DNA of 64,000 nt. Origin: a virus. Position numbers and translations under genes: made by a program. The notes under the pieces are model-generated. The model was not told the origin of the DNA. It saw only the letters and a list, made by a program, of their open reading frames with translations, and made no database searches. Where the stretch lies: IMG/VR virus record IMGVR_UViG_3300048113_001121, positions 96,001 to 160,000 of that record; one strand, 5' to 3'. Below, piece by piece: positions 16,303 through 25,794 of this stretch; position 1 is the stretch's first letter; the number at the start of each line of letters is the position of its first letter.

Positions 16303-16611
16303 ATGGGTACTTCAATGGAAAAATTCTTAGATAAAACTAAATCAGACAATAAAATTGTAGATATGTATACTGACGTAAGAAAATGGTTACAGTCAGAAGG
16401 TCATACCACAATAACATCACAATCTATAAGTAAAGCTCCACACGATATATGGAGATTAATGGAAAATCTTAGAGGTGAAGTTTCAGTCTTAAGAGACACA
16501 TTAAGAAGATACGGTATTTTAGAGTCTGACGATGTCTATGAGGAATGGTTGAAAAGTAGACTAAGTAAAATAGATAAACAGTACCCACTAATAGACGAAA
16601 GAAATGATTAA
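16303..16611 (+). CDS. Hypothetical protein
   Basis: ORF track; TATTTAT upstream. Confidence 0.65.
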   Translation: MGTSMEKFLDKTKSDNKIVDMYTDVRKWLQSEGHTTITSQSISKAPHDIWRLMENLRGEVSVLRDTLRRYGILESDDVYEEWLKSRLSKIDKQYPLIDERND

Positions 16612-16861
16612 TTTTATAAAAAACTTATTTAAACCTAAATTTGTCCCTCAGGATGAAATACAAGAGTTTCTTGTGAGTATTAATTTTAAACAATGTTCAG
16701 TAAATAAGAATGAATTAATAAAAGATAATAGTAACCATAAAATTATTTATAATATGGATAAGTTATCTGTTAGTATAACTAAAGATGGTGGTACTATTGT
16801 TTTAAAATCTTTCGGTAACATTACTAAAATTAAGAGATTTATATCTAAATACTCTATTTAA
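16604..16861 (+). CDS. Hypothetical protein
   Basis: ORF track. Confidence 0.6.
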   Translation: MINFIKNLFKPKFVPQDEIQEFLVSINFKQCSVNKNELIKDNSNHKIIYNMDKLSVSITKDGGTIVLKSFGNITKIKRFISKYSI

Positions 16862-17700
16862 ACACCAGTAAATTTTATTTTATTAACATCGTCTTTAAAG
16901 TAAAGTGGACTAATCTCACTAAAACTTTTAAGATATTCTATTCTAGACGAATCTTTTAAGTCCCAGTAAGGTCCGTGCTCATCTTCAAAGTCACCTATTA
17001 ATTCATGGTCCACTTCAGAATCACTCTTAAGTAATATTACAGCCCCTTTATTTGAATCTAAGACCTCCGTTATTTTATGAGTATAATCCTGATGATTTAA
17101 TTCGTTAAGTTTTTCTACCATATTAACGTCCCCAATAACCCATGTAGAACTACCGAAGTGAACTGATTCTTCATCTTCCTCAACCTCACCATCACTACAA
17201 TCTGGACAACTATATGTCCCCATACCGTCACACTGAGTACACTCTATTTCACCTGACCCATTACACATACCACATTCATCATCTTCATCACTATCCCCAT
17301 AAGGTTCACCCTCACCTGTACCTTCACATTCATGACACGTTTCTGAACCTGTATTTAAACACTCACGACAGTCTGCATCTCCAAGACCTGCACAATTTTC
17401 ACATGAGATATCTCTAGCAAATAATTCATCCACATCACTCAGAGATAACATATATACTTCGTTCTCACTTCTCCATATTGCCGTTTCAATATCGTCACCC
17501 TTAAACATAAAGAATATGATAAAAGATAATTTTACGATTTCTTTATTTGATAATGTAGTTTTTACTAATCTTTTTGTTGGCGGTAAGGACATGATTTGTC
17601 TTAATATATAACTCGCTCCAGGTGTTTCCTTAAATTTATTATTTGAAACTACCTTCTCGATATAAGTTTTAATTATTTTTGCTAGTTGAGCTAAATCCAT
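16858..17700 (-). CDS. Protein with DnaJ-type CxxCxGxG zinc-finger repeats
   Basis: CENCAGLG, CRECLNTG, CHECEGTG, CGMCNGSG, CTQCDGMG and CPDC; no J-domain HPD motif. Confidence 0.75.
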   Translation of the reverse strand: MDLAQLAKIIKTYIEKVVSNNKFKETPGASYILRQIMSLPPTKRLVKTTLSNKEIVKLSFIIFFMFKGDDIETAIWRSENEVYMLSLSDVDELFARDISCENCAGLGDADCRECLNTGSETCHECEGTGEGEPYGDSDEDDECGMCNGSGEIECTQCDGMGTYSCPDCSDGEVEEDEESVHFGSSTWVIGDVNMVEKLNELNHQDYTHKITEVLDSNKGAVILLKSDSEVDHELIGDFEDEHGPYWDLKDSSRIEYLKSFSEISPLYFKDDVNKIKFTGV

Positions 17701-17715
17701 TGTATTACGTTTTAA

Positions 17716-17736
17716 TATAAATATTCAGATATTTAT
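17716..17736. promoter_or_regulatory. Back-to-back TATTTAT(A) motifs (putative phage promoters) serving divergent genes
   Basis: TATAAATA at 17716-17723 reads TATTTATA on the minus strand; TATTTAT at 17730-17736 on the plus strand. Confidence 0.6.
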
Positions 17737-17751
17737 TTAAAAATACAAGAT

Positions 17752-18522
17752 ATGTCAAGCGTTTCAAGAATTAAGAACCTTATGAGAATAACAGAGCAAC
17801 AAAAAATTGTGGCACCTTCGGTTAACATAGATGCGTTAATTACTATGTTATTATTTATAAAGGATAAAAATCCTGAAGTAATTGAGGATATAGAAGACTT
17901 TGAGGATGTTGATTTTTCTGAATTTACTGGAGTAAGTCTAAGTAATTACATTAGTAAAAATTTACCTTTATTTGGTTTACCTAAATTTGATGGAGCAATT
18001 GAAGATTTTTATGGGAATTTTATATTAAATAATATTACGTTAATTCGTAATGGTGAAACTGACAAAACTAAGTATACCATACCAACTCTTAAAAAATTTG
18101 AAGTATTAGGTGAAGAAAGGTATAGTGGTAGAAAAGGTGATTATTATAAATTATTCCTTGAAGGTTACTCAGAAGAGTTTATCACTAGACAAATTGAAAC
18201 AGGAGAAATTGATGTATCAATGGGGGAATTCATTGAAGAAGAATGGGGTGATACATGGGATACTGAAAGGTTTGTAGATGATATTAAAGAAGTACCTATG
18301 AATACCGACACCTCATATAAGACTCCGTCAAATAATTCATTAAAAGAAGATGTAGAGATTCAACCTGAAATTAAATCGGAAGACTTCATGGATTTCGTTA
18401 ACGGTGAATACGATATTGAAACATTAGAATTAATGCAGTCAGTAATATCGGGTAGAGTTCGTAAACTAAAAAGTTTAATCGATATCGCCAATCGAAAAGA
18501 AATCAAAGGTTATAGAAAATAA
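17752..18522 (+). CDS. Hypothetical acidic protein
   Basis: ORF track. Confidence 0.7.
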   Translation: MSSVSRIKNLMRITEQQKIVAPSVNIDALITMLLFIKDKNPEVIEDIEDFEDVDFSEFTGVSLSNYISKNLPLFGLPKFDGAIEDFYGNFILNNITLIRNGETDKTKYTIPTLKKFEVLGEERYSGRKGDYYKLFLEGYSEEFITRQIETGEIDVSMGEFIEEEWGDTWDTERFVDDIKEVPMNTDTSYKTPSNNSLKEDVEIQPEIKSEDFMDFVNGEYDIETLELMQSVISGRVRKLKSLIDIANRKEIKGYRK

Positions 18523-18598
18523 AAAGGGAGATGGTAGCGAAACCTCTCCCCTTAATCGCTCATAACTATAAGCGGTCCTAAACTCCTACAACAACAGA

Positions 18599-18730
18599 TT
18601 ACCTGTCATACGGAGCCATATGTTTACTCTCTTCAGAGTCATTACCTTTAAACTTACATGTACAGTTTTCACACGTACATCCTTCATTTAGACATTTTTC
18701 TTTTTTACAAGTACAATTTTCACAAGCCAT
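18599..18730 (-). CDS. Metallothionein-like Cys-rich peptide (43 aa)
   Basis: Manual translation MACENCTCKKEKCLNEGCTCENCTCKFKGNDSEESKHMAPYDR*; 8 Cys in the first 25 residues. Confidence 0.65.
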   Translation of the reverse strand: MACENCTCKKEKCLNEGCTCENCTCKFKGNDSEESKHMAPYDR

Positions 18731-18734
18731 AATT

Positions 18735-18950
18735 TTATTTTTTTACGTTTAGAAATTTTTCAACTTCTTTATTATTAGGGATACCCATTTCACGATTACA
18801 TTCACAACAATACACTCTCATGTTGTTGGTCCCATCTTTAAATTTAACACGAGTCTCTTTATGAGTACACTTTTCTTGTATACTCGTCATTTCAGTCTCT
18901 AAATGTTTAATTTGTTTTTCAATGTTATTAATTTTTTCTGCATTTCCCAT
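18735..18950 (-). CDS. Small protein with a coiled coil and a Cys/His zinc-ribbon-like motif
   Basis: KCTHKE...YCCECNR. Confidence 0.65.
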   Translation of the reverse strand: MGNAEKINNIEKQIKHLETEMTSIQEKCTHKETRVKFKDGTNNMRVYCCECNREMGIPNNKEVEKFLNVKK

Positions 18951-18978
18951 TCTTCCTATTTAAATTATTTATGGAATA

Positions 18979-19341
18979 CTATTTAAAATCAAATATAATA
19001 CTTATATTTTGTTTTTCAAAATAGTTGTCAATCTTTTTTTTAAAATCAGGTAAAGCTCTTAAAAACTCTATCAGATTCATAAACTTTTGATTAACCTCCC
19101 CCTCACTACTCATGTGAGATAATATCAAATTCTCTAAAGAACTGGCTTTTAATGGTAACATATTTTCTTTAATATTCAACTGTTCTTTCAATTCATCAGG
19201 TAACTCAAATGAAAGGGTATGTGAATGGTCACTTGAATCACTTAGAGGTATCACCTCGAAGTCAAAAAGACCACTTGGTCTCTTAGGTCCAAGCATAACG
19301 AAAAAGTCTCTCAATAGTTCTAATGCAACTTTGTTACTCAT
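18979..19341 (-). CDS. Hypothetical protein
   Basis: ORF track; TATTTAT upstream. Confidence 0.65.
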   Translation of the reverse strand: MSNKVALELLRDFFVMLGPKRPSGLFDFEVIPLSDSSDHSHTLSFELPDELKEQLNIKENMLPLKASSLENLILSHMSSEGEVNQKFMNLIEFLRALPDFKKKIDNYFEKQNISIIFDFK

Positions 19342-19389
19342 GTTAATAAATATTAGTACTTTGGTTAAATATAGTTTTTATAACTATTT

Positions 19390-20253
19390 ATGAATATGAG
19401 TATCGACACACAATATGGAATGTTATTTAAGTTTATGAACCAATCTAGGTCTAAATATATGGGATTAGATTTAACTTATGACTTCGAACTTTTACCTGAA
19501 AATAGAATTTCTGTAGATATCTTCGCTGAAGGTAATTTTGATTTACCCATTAGAACTAAACAAATGTTTCGTAATATGTTTATGGAATTCTTTTTAAAAG
19601 ATTCCAAATATTTTAACATACCGAGAAGTACTGTTGGGTTACTTGATTTCAATAATATATTATTAAACGGTGAGAGACTTGGAGATAGAATAACAATGGA
19701 TGATAACTTTAAAAAAGACTTAGTCAATGTTGAATCTAAATTAAAAAAATACTACTCAATTGATATTGCCGATTATCCACAGGGGTCATTTAGATTAGAG
19801 TCCTTCGATAATGATTTAAAAACCTATATTGAAATATTGGATGAAGATTCATTAATGTATACTGTTGATATTAAAGACTCTCAAAAAATAACACTAAATG
19901 GTAATGAGTTTAATCGAAATACTATAGTGGACTTTTTAGACTCAGTAGATATAGGTTCACCAGATACTGACCCCGATTCAATATTTGAATCTATTTCAAA
20001 TGCAGTTTGGGAAAACTCTGTTGAAGGGGATGGTACTTCTTTGGAATTATTTTGGGATAAATTAATGTCAAATGGTATGAACTACCAAAATTACTTTATG
20101 GAAAATGTGGGGATGTTGTCTGTTGTTAATTTAAATAGTTATGATGGTATGTTTAACGATAATATACATAACTATAATACTGAATCACAATCAGAGGTTC
20201 TATCAATATTTGTTGGTTGGTTAGAAACTAATAAGGGTAAGTATAAACTTTAA
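19390..20253 (+). CDS. Hypothetical acidic protein
   Basis: ORF track. Confidence 0.7.
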   Translation: MNMSIDTQYGMLFKFMNQSRSKYMGLDLTYDFELLPENRISVDIFAEGNFDLPIRTKQMFRNMFMEFFLKDSKYFNIPRSTVGLLDFNNILLNGERLGDRITMDDNFKKDLVNVESKLKKYYSIDIADYPQGSFRLESFDNDLKTYIEILDEDSLMYTVDIKDSQKITLNGNEFNRNTIVDFLDSVDIGSPDTDPDSIFESISNAVWENSVEGDGTSLELFWDKLMSNGMNYQNYFMENVGMLSVVNLNSYDGMFNDNIHNYNTESQSEVLSIFVGWLETNKGKYKL

Positions 20254-20765
20254 GAAATCTTTTTCCAAACACTACTATTCTCTGAACCAATGAAAGTATC
20301 TAAATCTTCATCGTAATTTAGTATTGTCTCACCTCTATGATTAATGAGATTAAAATCAACATAAGGTACGTCCCCTAATGACAAACCCATTAACCTAAGG
20401 AATTTTTGTGAAATATATGGAAATATAACATTTTTAATAAATTCATACCCATTAAATTCTAAGAAACTATCGGCCTCAAGTTCAGGACGTAATTTATATA
20501 CCTTTTTTAATTCTGGCATACTATCAGATATTTCATAAAAACCTTCTGTATTTAAAATCACATTAATAACTAGAGTACCCGGTTGTATCATTTCATAACC
20601 ACCGTATTTAATTGGCTCTTTAGAAGGTACAAAGTCTAACTCGATATCCTTTATTTTACCATCTAATACCTCATGGTCCATAACCATATTAGAATATTTA
20701 GCAATATCATCATACGACTTAGGCATTATCTTATTAAACATGTTATTCATTAAATTAAAATCCAT
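20250..20765 (-). CDS. Hypothetical protein
   Basis: ORF track; TATTTAT upstream. Confidence 0.7.
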   Translation of the reverse strand: MDFNLMNNMFNKIMPKSYDDIAKYSNMVMDHEVLDGKIKDIELDFVPSKEPIKYGGYEMIQPGTLVINVILNTEGFYEISDSMPELKKVYKLRPELEADSFLEFNGYEFIKNVIFPYISQKFLRLMGLSLGDVPYVDFNLINHRGETILNYDEDLDTFIGSENSSVWKKIS

Positions 20766-21563
20766 ACATATAAATATATGTGACCACCTTATGTTTCAAG
20801 ACTTTCTTAAAATAGTGTTATTAATACGGGACGAAGGACCCGTTAAAAAAAATTTTTTAGAACAAAAGGACCGACCGAAGGTCGAGAAAAACGGTCCGAA
20901 ATATCCGATACCGGCATATGAATGATTAATTAAGTATATTAAATCATTATATTCACACCATCTAAAGGTATTTCCAAAGAGTTTATTCCGACAGATACCT
21001 AAAAAAAACCCTCTTTTCATCGGTGAAATCCCCATTTAGTTATACTTTTAGGTGATTTTATTCACTAATGGTCATAACCCCCTCCCTTACTGTCGGAATC
21101 CCCCATTTAGAAATAGTTATAAGGCACCATCCCTATATTACAGTTAATGGTGTTCTAAGTGGTGTTTTGTAGGACGTTTCGTAGATGAAACCGTGTTTTT
21201 AGGTGATTTGGTTATAAGAGGGTGGGTTTATATGAGTCTTTAACCACACTACACTTTGGTTTTCTTCTCCTTACGGAGAATTATAGGTAGTGTATTTTAT
21301 AATAGACTGTTTCTCCACCCTGTTCTATAGGGATTATATGTTTACCCATATAGATACCCCCCTTTCTTATCCTTTATATGTATATCCGTATAATACCCCT
21401 TTCTTTTACTGTGTGTATATAAAGGGTGGGTATTATCTTATGGACTCTATAAAGGAGAATGTCTTATATAATACGTTGAGGAAACTTTGGAGTTATAACC
21501 TTGAGGTTTATAATAGAAAGTTTTATAGAGACCCGCCGCCTGAGAAATGTAGAGACAAAAAAA

Positions 21564-21860
21564 TTATAGTTTTATTTCCTCCCCGTTAGAATCATACTCC
21601 CTTAATACGGTTTTATAGTTCCCTTTAAACTTATTACCTTTAATTAGAACTTCTTTAATGAAGTCTTCGGCTTCAAGTACACCACCTTTAAAGTGTAGGG
21701 GGAATTTCTTTAGATTCTTAATACCTATGGAATCGTGTGTGACATATGTCCACCATTTAAAGAATAGAAATGATTTTTGTTGTTGTACAAAGAAACATAC
21801 ATCGAAGGATATCCCCTTACCGTTATAGAACTCTTCTCGAATTACTCTGTACTTACTCAT
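21564..21860 (-). CDS. Hypothetical protein
   Basis: ORF track; TATATTTG promoter element upstream on the minus strand. Confidence 0.65.
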   Translation of the reverse strand: MSKYRVIREEFYNGKGISFDVCFFVQQQKSFLFFKWWTYVTHDSIGIKNLKKFPLHFKGGVLEAEDFIKEVLIKGNKFKGNYKTVLREYDSNGEEIKL

Positions 21861-21905
21861 ATAGTTATCTTTAAGTGTTCGACAAATATAGGATATAAAA
21901 TTTAC

Positions 21906-22982
21906 TTATACAAATGAATTCTTAACCATGTTCTCATAATGTGTTACGGTTTTACCGTCATTAGATACTTTATAGTTTTTGTTTGGGAATACTGCGATGT
22001 TTTTACCGTTAGAATATAATATGTAATCTATCTCTTTTTTTCTTTGGTACCAGTCTCTCATACCATATGTTTGAACTCTTACTCCTCCGTTCTTTAACCT
22101 CTCCATCTTGGACGCTGGTTTGGTTTGATACCCTTTACCATTAACTTTAAAGTCTACACCACTCACACGGTCCTCTATGGACCCTAAACAGTATTGTGAT
22201 ATATCTTCATCAGTTAGTGTTGGGTTCTCTCTCTTAACGATGTCTATGACCTCGGCCTCTGTCTTCCATCCTCTTTCGAATGACTGTAGGTTTCTTTTTA
22301 CTAACGATTGTAGTATTGGGCTATCTTTTCCGAATATCTCTTCTTTGTTTTCTTTTAGATAATCTTTAAACCCTTCTAAAGTTACCTCATCGTTTTCATC
22401 TTGGTATTTCTCTACTAATATTCTTATCACACCTGGATTGGTATCGAAGAAGTTTAGTATTGACCATCTCTCACCTTCCATCGCTGGAAAGATATCTATT
22501 ACACCTTCTAAGGTTTGACAATCAGGTTCAGAAATTTTTCCCCAATTATTTGGGTACACGTCTTTTAATATATCTAATATTAGTTGAGGTATTCCTGAGG
22601 CCTTTGTTTTCAGTGTATTAACTGATAAGTTTTCTGACTTTCTTTTATCAGACTTAACTAATAACGTTTCTAAAAATTTTGGATATAATTGTCTAAGGTC
22701 ATTAACACTAACCCACATTTTATCACCTTTAACTCTAATGTCTTCGGAATCGAAACTTAAATCTTCACCCGTTTTTTTATTGGTAAGTATAACATTAGTG
22801 GAATTGGCTATTTCAGAAGGACTTTTACTTAAGTCGTTAAAATAAACATTAATTGGTTTATCATATTTAGACCATACATTTGCCCTGCCGAATTCTATTT
22901 TTGCGATATCGGAAGAAACGTCTTGTGAATACATTTCCACAACATTTTCTTTTAATAAATTAACAAGTTTAATATCTTTCAT
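21906..22982 (-). CDS. Hypothetical protein with a C-terminal PD-(D/E)xK-like motif
   Basis: ERGWKTEAEV...EDRVSGVDFKVNGKGYQTK. Confidence 0.6.
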   Translation of the reverse strand: MKDIKLVNLLKENVVEMYSQDVSSDIAKIEFGRANVWSKYDKPINVYFNDLSKSPSEIANSTNVILTNKKTGEDLSFDSEDIRVKGDKMWVSVNDLRQLYPKFLETLLVKSDKRKSENLSVNTLKTKASGIPQLILDILKDVYPNNWGKISEPDCQTLEGVIDIFPAMEGERWSILNFFDTNPGVIRILVEKYQDENDEVTLEGFKDYLKENKEEIFGKDSPILQSLVKRNLQSFERGWKTEAEVIDIVKRENPTLTDEDISQYCLGSIEDRVSGVDFKVNGKGYQTKPASKMERLKNGGVRVQTYGMRDWYQRKKEIDYILYSNGKNIAVFPNKNYKVSNDGKTVTHYENMVKNSFV

Positions 22983-23006
22983 ATTATATAAATATCTACG
23001 GTATTC

Positions 23007-23681
23007 TTATTGACAGGTGAAATTTTCCCCATCATAGGATATAGAAAGTGGTGACCTGTCAAAAAGGTCGGACATTATGTCATATAAGTCATCACAAGAA
23101 AAATATTCTCTTTCTTCAATAGTATCTGTAGATTGACGGTCTCCGTCCCTTAAGGGTGGTTGACCAACATACTCAACTCTCATATATGGATTATCTGTTT
23201 CCCCTTTATATAAATAGTAACCTATATCCGCCTCTCTAATACTGTCATAACTAAGTCCTTCATATTGAGACTGAAGATATAAAATTAATTTATTTTCCAA
23301 CCTATCTATTTCATTATCGACTAATTCGTCATTTACATATGTAAACATTGGCTCATCCATATAATCCTGTAAGTTAACATATCGTAAGGCCCTTCCAATA
23401 TGGTCACCTATTTCATATATGTATTCTCCATATTTTTTATCATATGTAGGTGATGGTTCAAATGTTTTATCAACATCAATATCAACATCAAATTCAAAAT
23501 AAAATGGGATAGTATCTGAAGCTGTGTTCTGCCAATTAGCTCTATTTTTACGTATCATCATTGAATACTCAATACCTCCAAATTTACTAAACACTAACGC
23601 ATCAAGAACTTTTACGGCCATTTTACCTTTTTCTTGTGCCTCAACCTTTAATTCACTATCTAAACTATTTTCTAACTCCAT
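23007..23681 (-). CDS. Hypothetical acidic protein
   Basis: ORF track. Confidence 0.7.
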   Translation of the reverse strand: MELENSLDSELKVEAQEKGKMAVKVLDALVFSKFGGIEYSMMIRKNRANWQNTASDTIPFYFEFDVDIDVDKTFEPSPTYDKKYGEYIYEIGDHIGRALRYVNLQDYMDEPMFTYVNDELVDNEIDRLENKLILYLQSQYEGLSYDSIREADIGYYLYKGETDNPYMRVEYVGQPPLRDGDRQSTDTIEEREYFSCDDLYDIMSDLFDRSPLSISYDGENFTCQ

Positions 23682-23685
23682 TTAA

Positions 23686-23705
23686 TATAAATAGTTATAT
23701 TTATA
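23686..23705. promoter_or_regulatory. Back-to-back TATTTATA motifs serving divergent genes
   Basis: TATAAATA at 23686-23693 (minus-strand motif) and TATTTATA at 23698-23705. Confidence 0.6.
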
Positions 23706-23708
23706 GTT

Positions 23709-24158
23709 ATGGATAAAGATATAGATAAAATAGTTGAAATAGGTAAAGTACTTTTAAATACACCAACATTAAGGTCAATATATAAAGATAAATTTGAGAT
23801 TAACTCTATTGATTTTGAATTTGTAGAAAAAACATCTAATAGTCAATTTACGGCACAATACGAACACTATATTTTTAAGGTAACATTATACACAGATATT
23901 TCACTTAATTTTGATGAAGGGATTAGAAGTGGTGAAATCGAAGGTTATGATGAAATAGAAAATGAAATATGGGAATACGGTATTGACCCATTTTATTTGG
24001 CGGATGTTATAATACCTGAGCAAATACTAAATATTATTTTACCTAAGGGTAAGAATGGACCTAAAGTGGCCATTGAATTATCTATAATTGGAGATGAAGG
24101 TCAAGTTATTTGGAATGACCATATGTTTGGTAGACCCGCTAGTTCTCAATTTCACTAA
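23709..24158 (+). CDS. Hypothetical protein
   Basis: ORF track. Confidence 0.7.
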   Translation: MDKDIDKIVEIGKVLLNTPTLRSIYKDKFEINSIDFEFVEKTSNSQFTAQYEHYIFKVTLYTDISLNFDEGIRSGEIEGYDEIENEIWEYGIDPFYLADVIIPEQILNIILPKGKNGPKVAIELSIIGDEGQVIWNDHMFGRPASSQFH

Positions 24159-24781
24159 CTAAAGTTATCGGTTAACCTTTCTTTATCTAAATCAGTTAAA
24201 GAACCCCACCACTCATCATCATCAACTCTAGCTATATTCCACATTTCAGTTTTATCGATTAACCCATTAAACATCAAAGGAAAACTATCTCCGGTTAACT
24301 TATCGACAACTGAACCATTATTTAGTTCTATCCACGCGTCAGGATTTGCCTTAAAATCATTCGCATCCCTATCTAAACTTCTACCCCATTTATCTTCGAA
24401 AGATTGTAAAGTTCTAAATGTGTTTTCGCCAGGTTTCCACTCAGGACCAACAAGTTGTATTGCTATTTGATTTGGTGATATATATTTAGTTAGATTTTCT
24501 AAATTAAATTGTAAGTCCATAGGTTGAGCGTACTTACCGTATCTAAATAGTGGTTCAATCTTCACATCAAATATTTCAGGAAGTATCTCTTTAGCCCTAA
24601 CAATAGCAGTATAATTTTCAGTGTCACCAAAATTAAAGTCCGTAACTTCTTCGCCAGTTTTCTCATCGATAATACTAACCACTTCATATTCACTATCGAA
24701 CCCATAATAGTTCATAGCTAAATTACGACCCACAGTATTGAGTAATTTTTCAAGACTCCACTTAAGTTTATTATCCTCCAT
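24155..24781 (-). CDS. Hypothetical protein
   Basis: ORF track. Confidence 0.7.
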   Translation of the reverse strand: MEDNKLKWSLEKLLNTVGRNLAMNYYGFDSEYEVVSIIDEKTGEEVTDFNFGDTENYTAIVRAKEILPEIFDVKIEPLFRYGKYAQPMDLQFNLENLTKYISPNQIAIQLVGPEWKPGENTFRTLQSFEDKWGRSLDRDANDFKANPDAWIELNNGSVVDKLTGDSFPLMFNGLIDKTEMWNIARVDDDEWWGSLTDLDKERLTDNFS

Positions 24782-24789
24782 AAAGATTT

Positions 24790-25209
24790 TTACTTATTTT
24801 TCTTTTCGGAACTTTGCATCATTTGTTGTAATGCCTCGATATCTCTCTTAAGTTCGTCATCTCTTTCTTGAGAATCTGCTTTATCTTCTATATCTCTCTC
24901 TAAATTACCTATGTCTTTTTTATTCTTTTCAGAATAATCTAAACCTGTTCCATATGCTTTTTGATGTGACCCTGCAGTATCTAAACCTTTTTCTAATCTC
25001 ATTACTCTTTTATGTAATTCTTTAATGGCGTTTCCAACATCACTCATTGACTCTAAATCCTTTAAAACTATTACATCCGATAGATATTCAGGTAAATCAT
25101 AATCGACAACATCTGAAGTGTTACCATATAATCCTTGCTCTTTAATTACGTCTTTGATAACTGTCTTTAGTTGTGATTCAGTTATCACATATTTTTTTTC
25201 TGTTTTCAT
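24790..25209 (-). CDS. Hypothetical coiled-coil protein with an N-terminal ITESQL motif
   Basis: MKTEKKYVITESQLKTVIKDVIKEQ. Confidence 0.7.
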   Translation of the reverse strand: MKTEKKYVITESQLKTVIKDVIKEQGLYGNTSDVVDYDLPEYLSDVIVLKDLESMSDVGNAIKELHKRVMRLEKGLDTAGSHQKAYGTGLDYSEKNKKDIGNLERDIEDKADSQERDDELKRDIEALQQMMQSSEKKNK

Positions 25210-25287
25210 TACTTAAATATTGATTTAAATTTATTTCTTTATTATAAATATCATAGTTAATTCAAATATTTTTTGTATCTTTGTAAT

Positions 25288-25791
25288 ATGAAAAGAAAAC
25301 TAATAACCATATTACTCAGTATACTAATGTTGAATGTGTATTCACAAACACCATTAGAGTCAAAAGTATTTCAAAAAATTAATGAGTACAGAGTAGAAAA
25401 TGGTCTTCATAAATTAAAATGGGATGATGCAACTTACAAATCCACTGTAGTTCACACTGAATATATGGTTAAGAATAATGAGTTATGTCATACCGAAGAT
25501 AGTGAAACACCTAGTTTTTGGAATCGATTAATGTTATTCCAAGATAACAGTTATATTGTTGGTAATGAAAATGTTTCCACCGTGTCAATAAATGGTATTG
25601 AAGACTCTATAGATAAAATTGCGGATAAAATAGTGTACTCATGGAAAACATCTAAAGGTCACAATCGTGCAATGTTAAATAAAGGTTCGACAGTAGGTGC
25701 TATAAGTTGTGGTGATGGTATTAAAATAAAAGATAACTATACCTTTAAAATAAAATACTCTACTTTTGTACTTTGGAATAATCTACTTTAG
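25288..25791 (+). CDS. CAP/SCP-domain secreted protein
   Basis: Signal peptide from ATG 25288; INEYRVENGLHKLKWD, ENV and WKTSKGHNRAML motifs. Confidence 0.8.
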   Translation: MKRKLITILLSILMLNVYSQTPLESKVFQKINEYRVENGLHKLKWDDATYKSTVVHTEYMVKNNELCHTEDSETPSFWNRLMLFQDNSYIVGNENVSTVSINGIEDSIDKIADKIVYSWKTSKGHNRAMLNKGSTVGAISCGDGIKIKDNYTFKIKYSTFVLWNNLL

Positions 25792-25794
25792 TAA

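Noticed and set aside
18522-18575. Similar CGGTCC(C)TAAA plus hairpin elements at about 18525-18585 and 52295-52350 as a shared ncRNA
   Set aside because: The similarity is short and each site is adequately explained as a terminator; not enough to call a family.
20740-21589. ORFs 20740-20925, 20796-21035 and 21290-21589
   Set aside because: Atypical composition, mutual overlaps and, for one, a non-ATG start; treated as probably non-coding.
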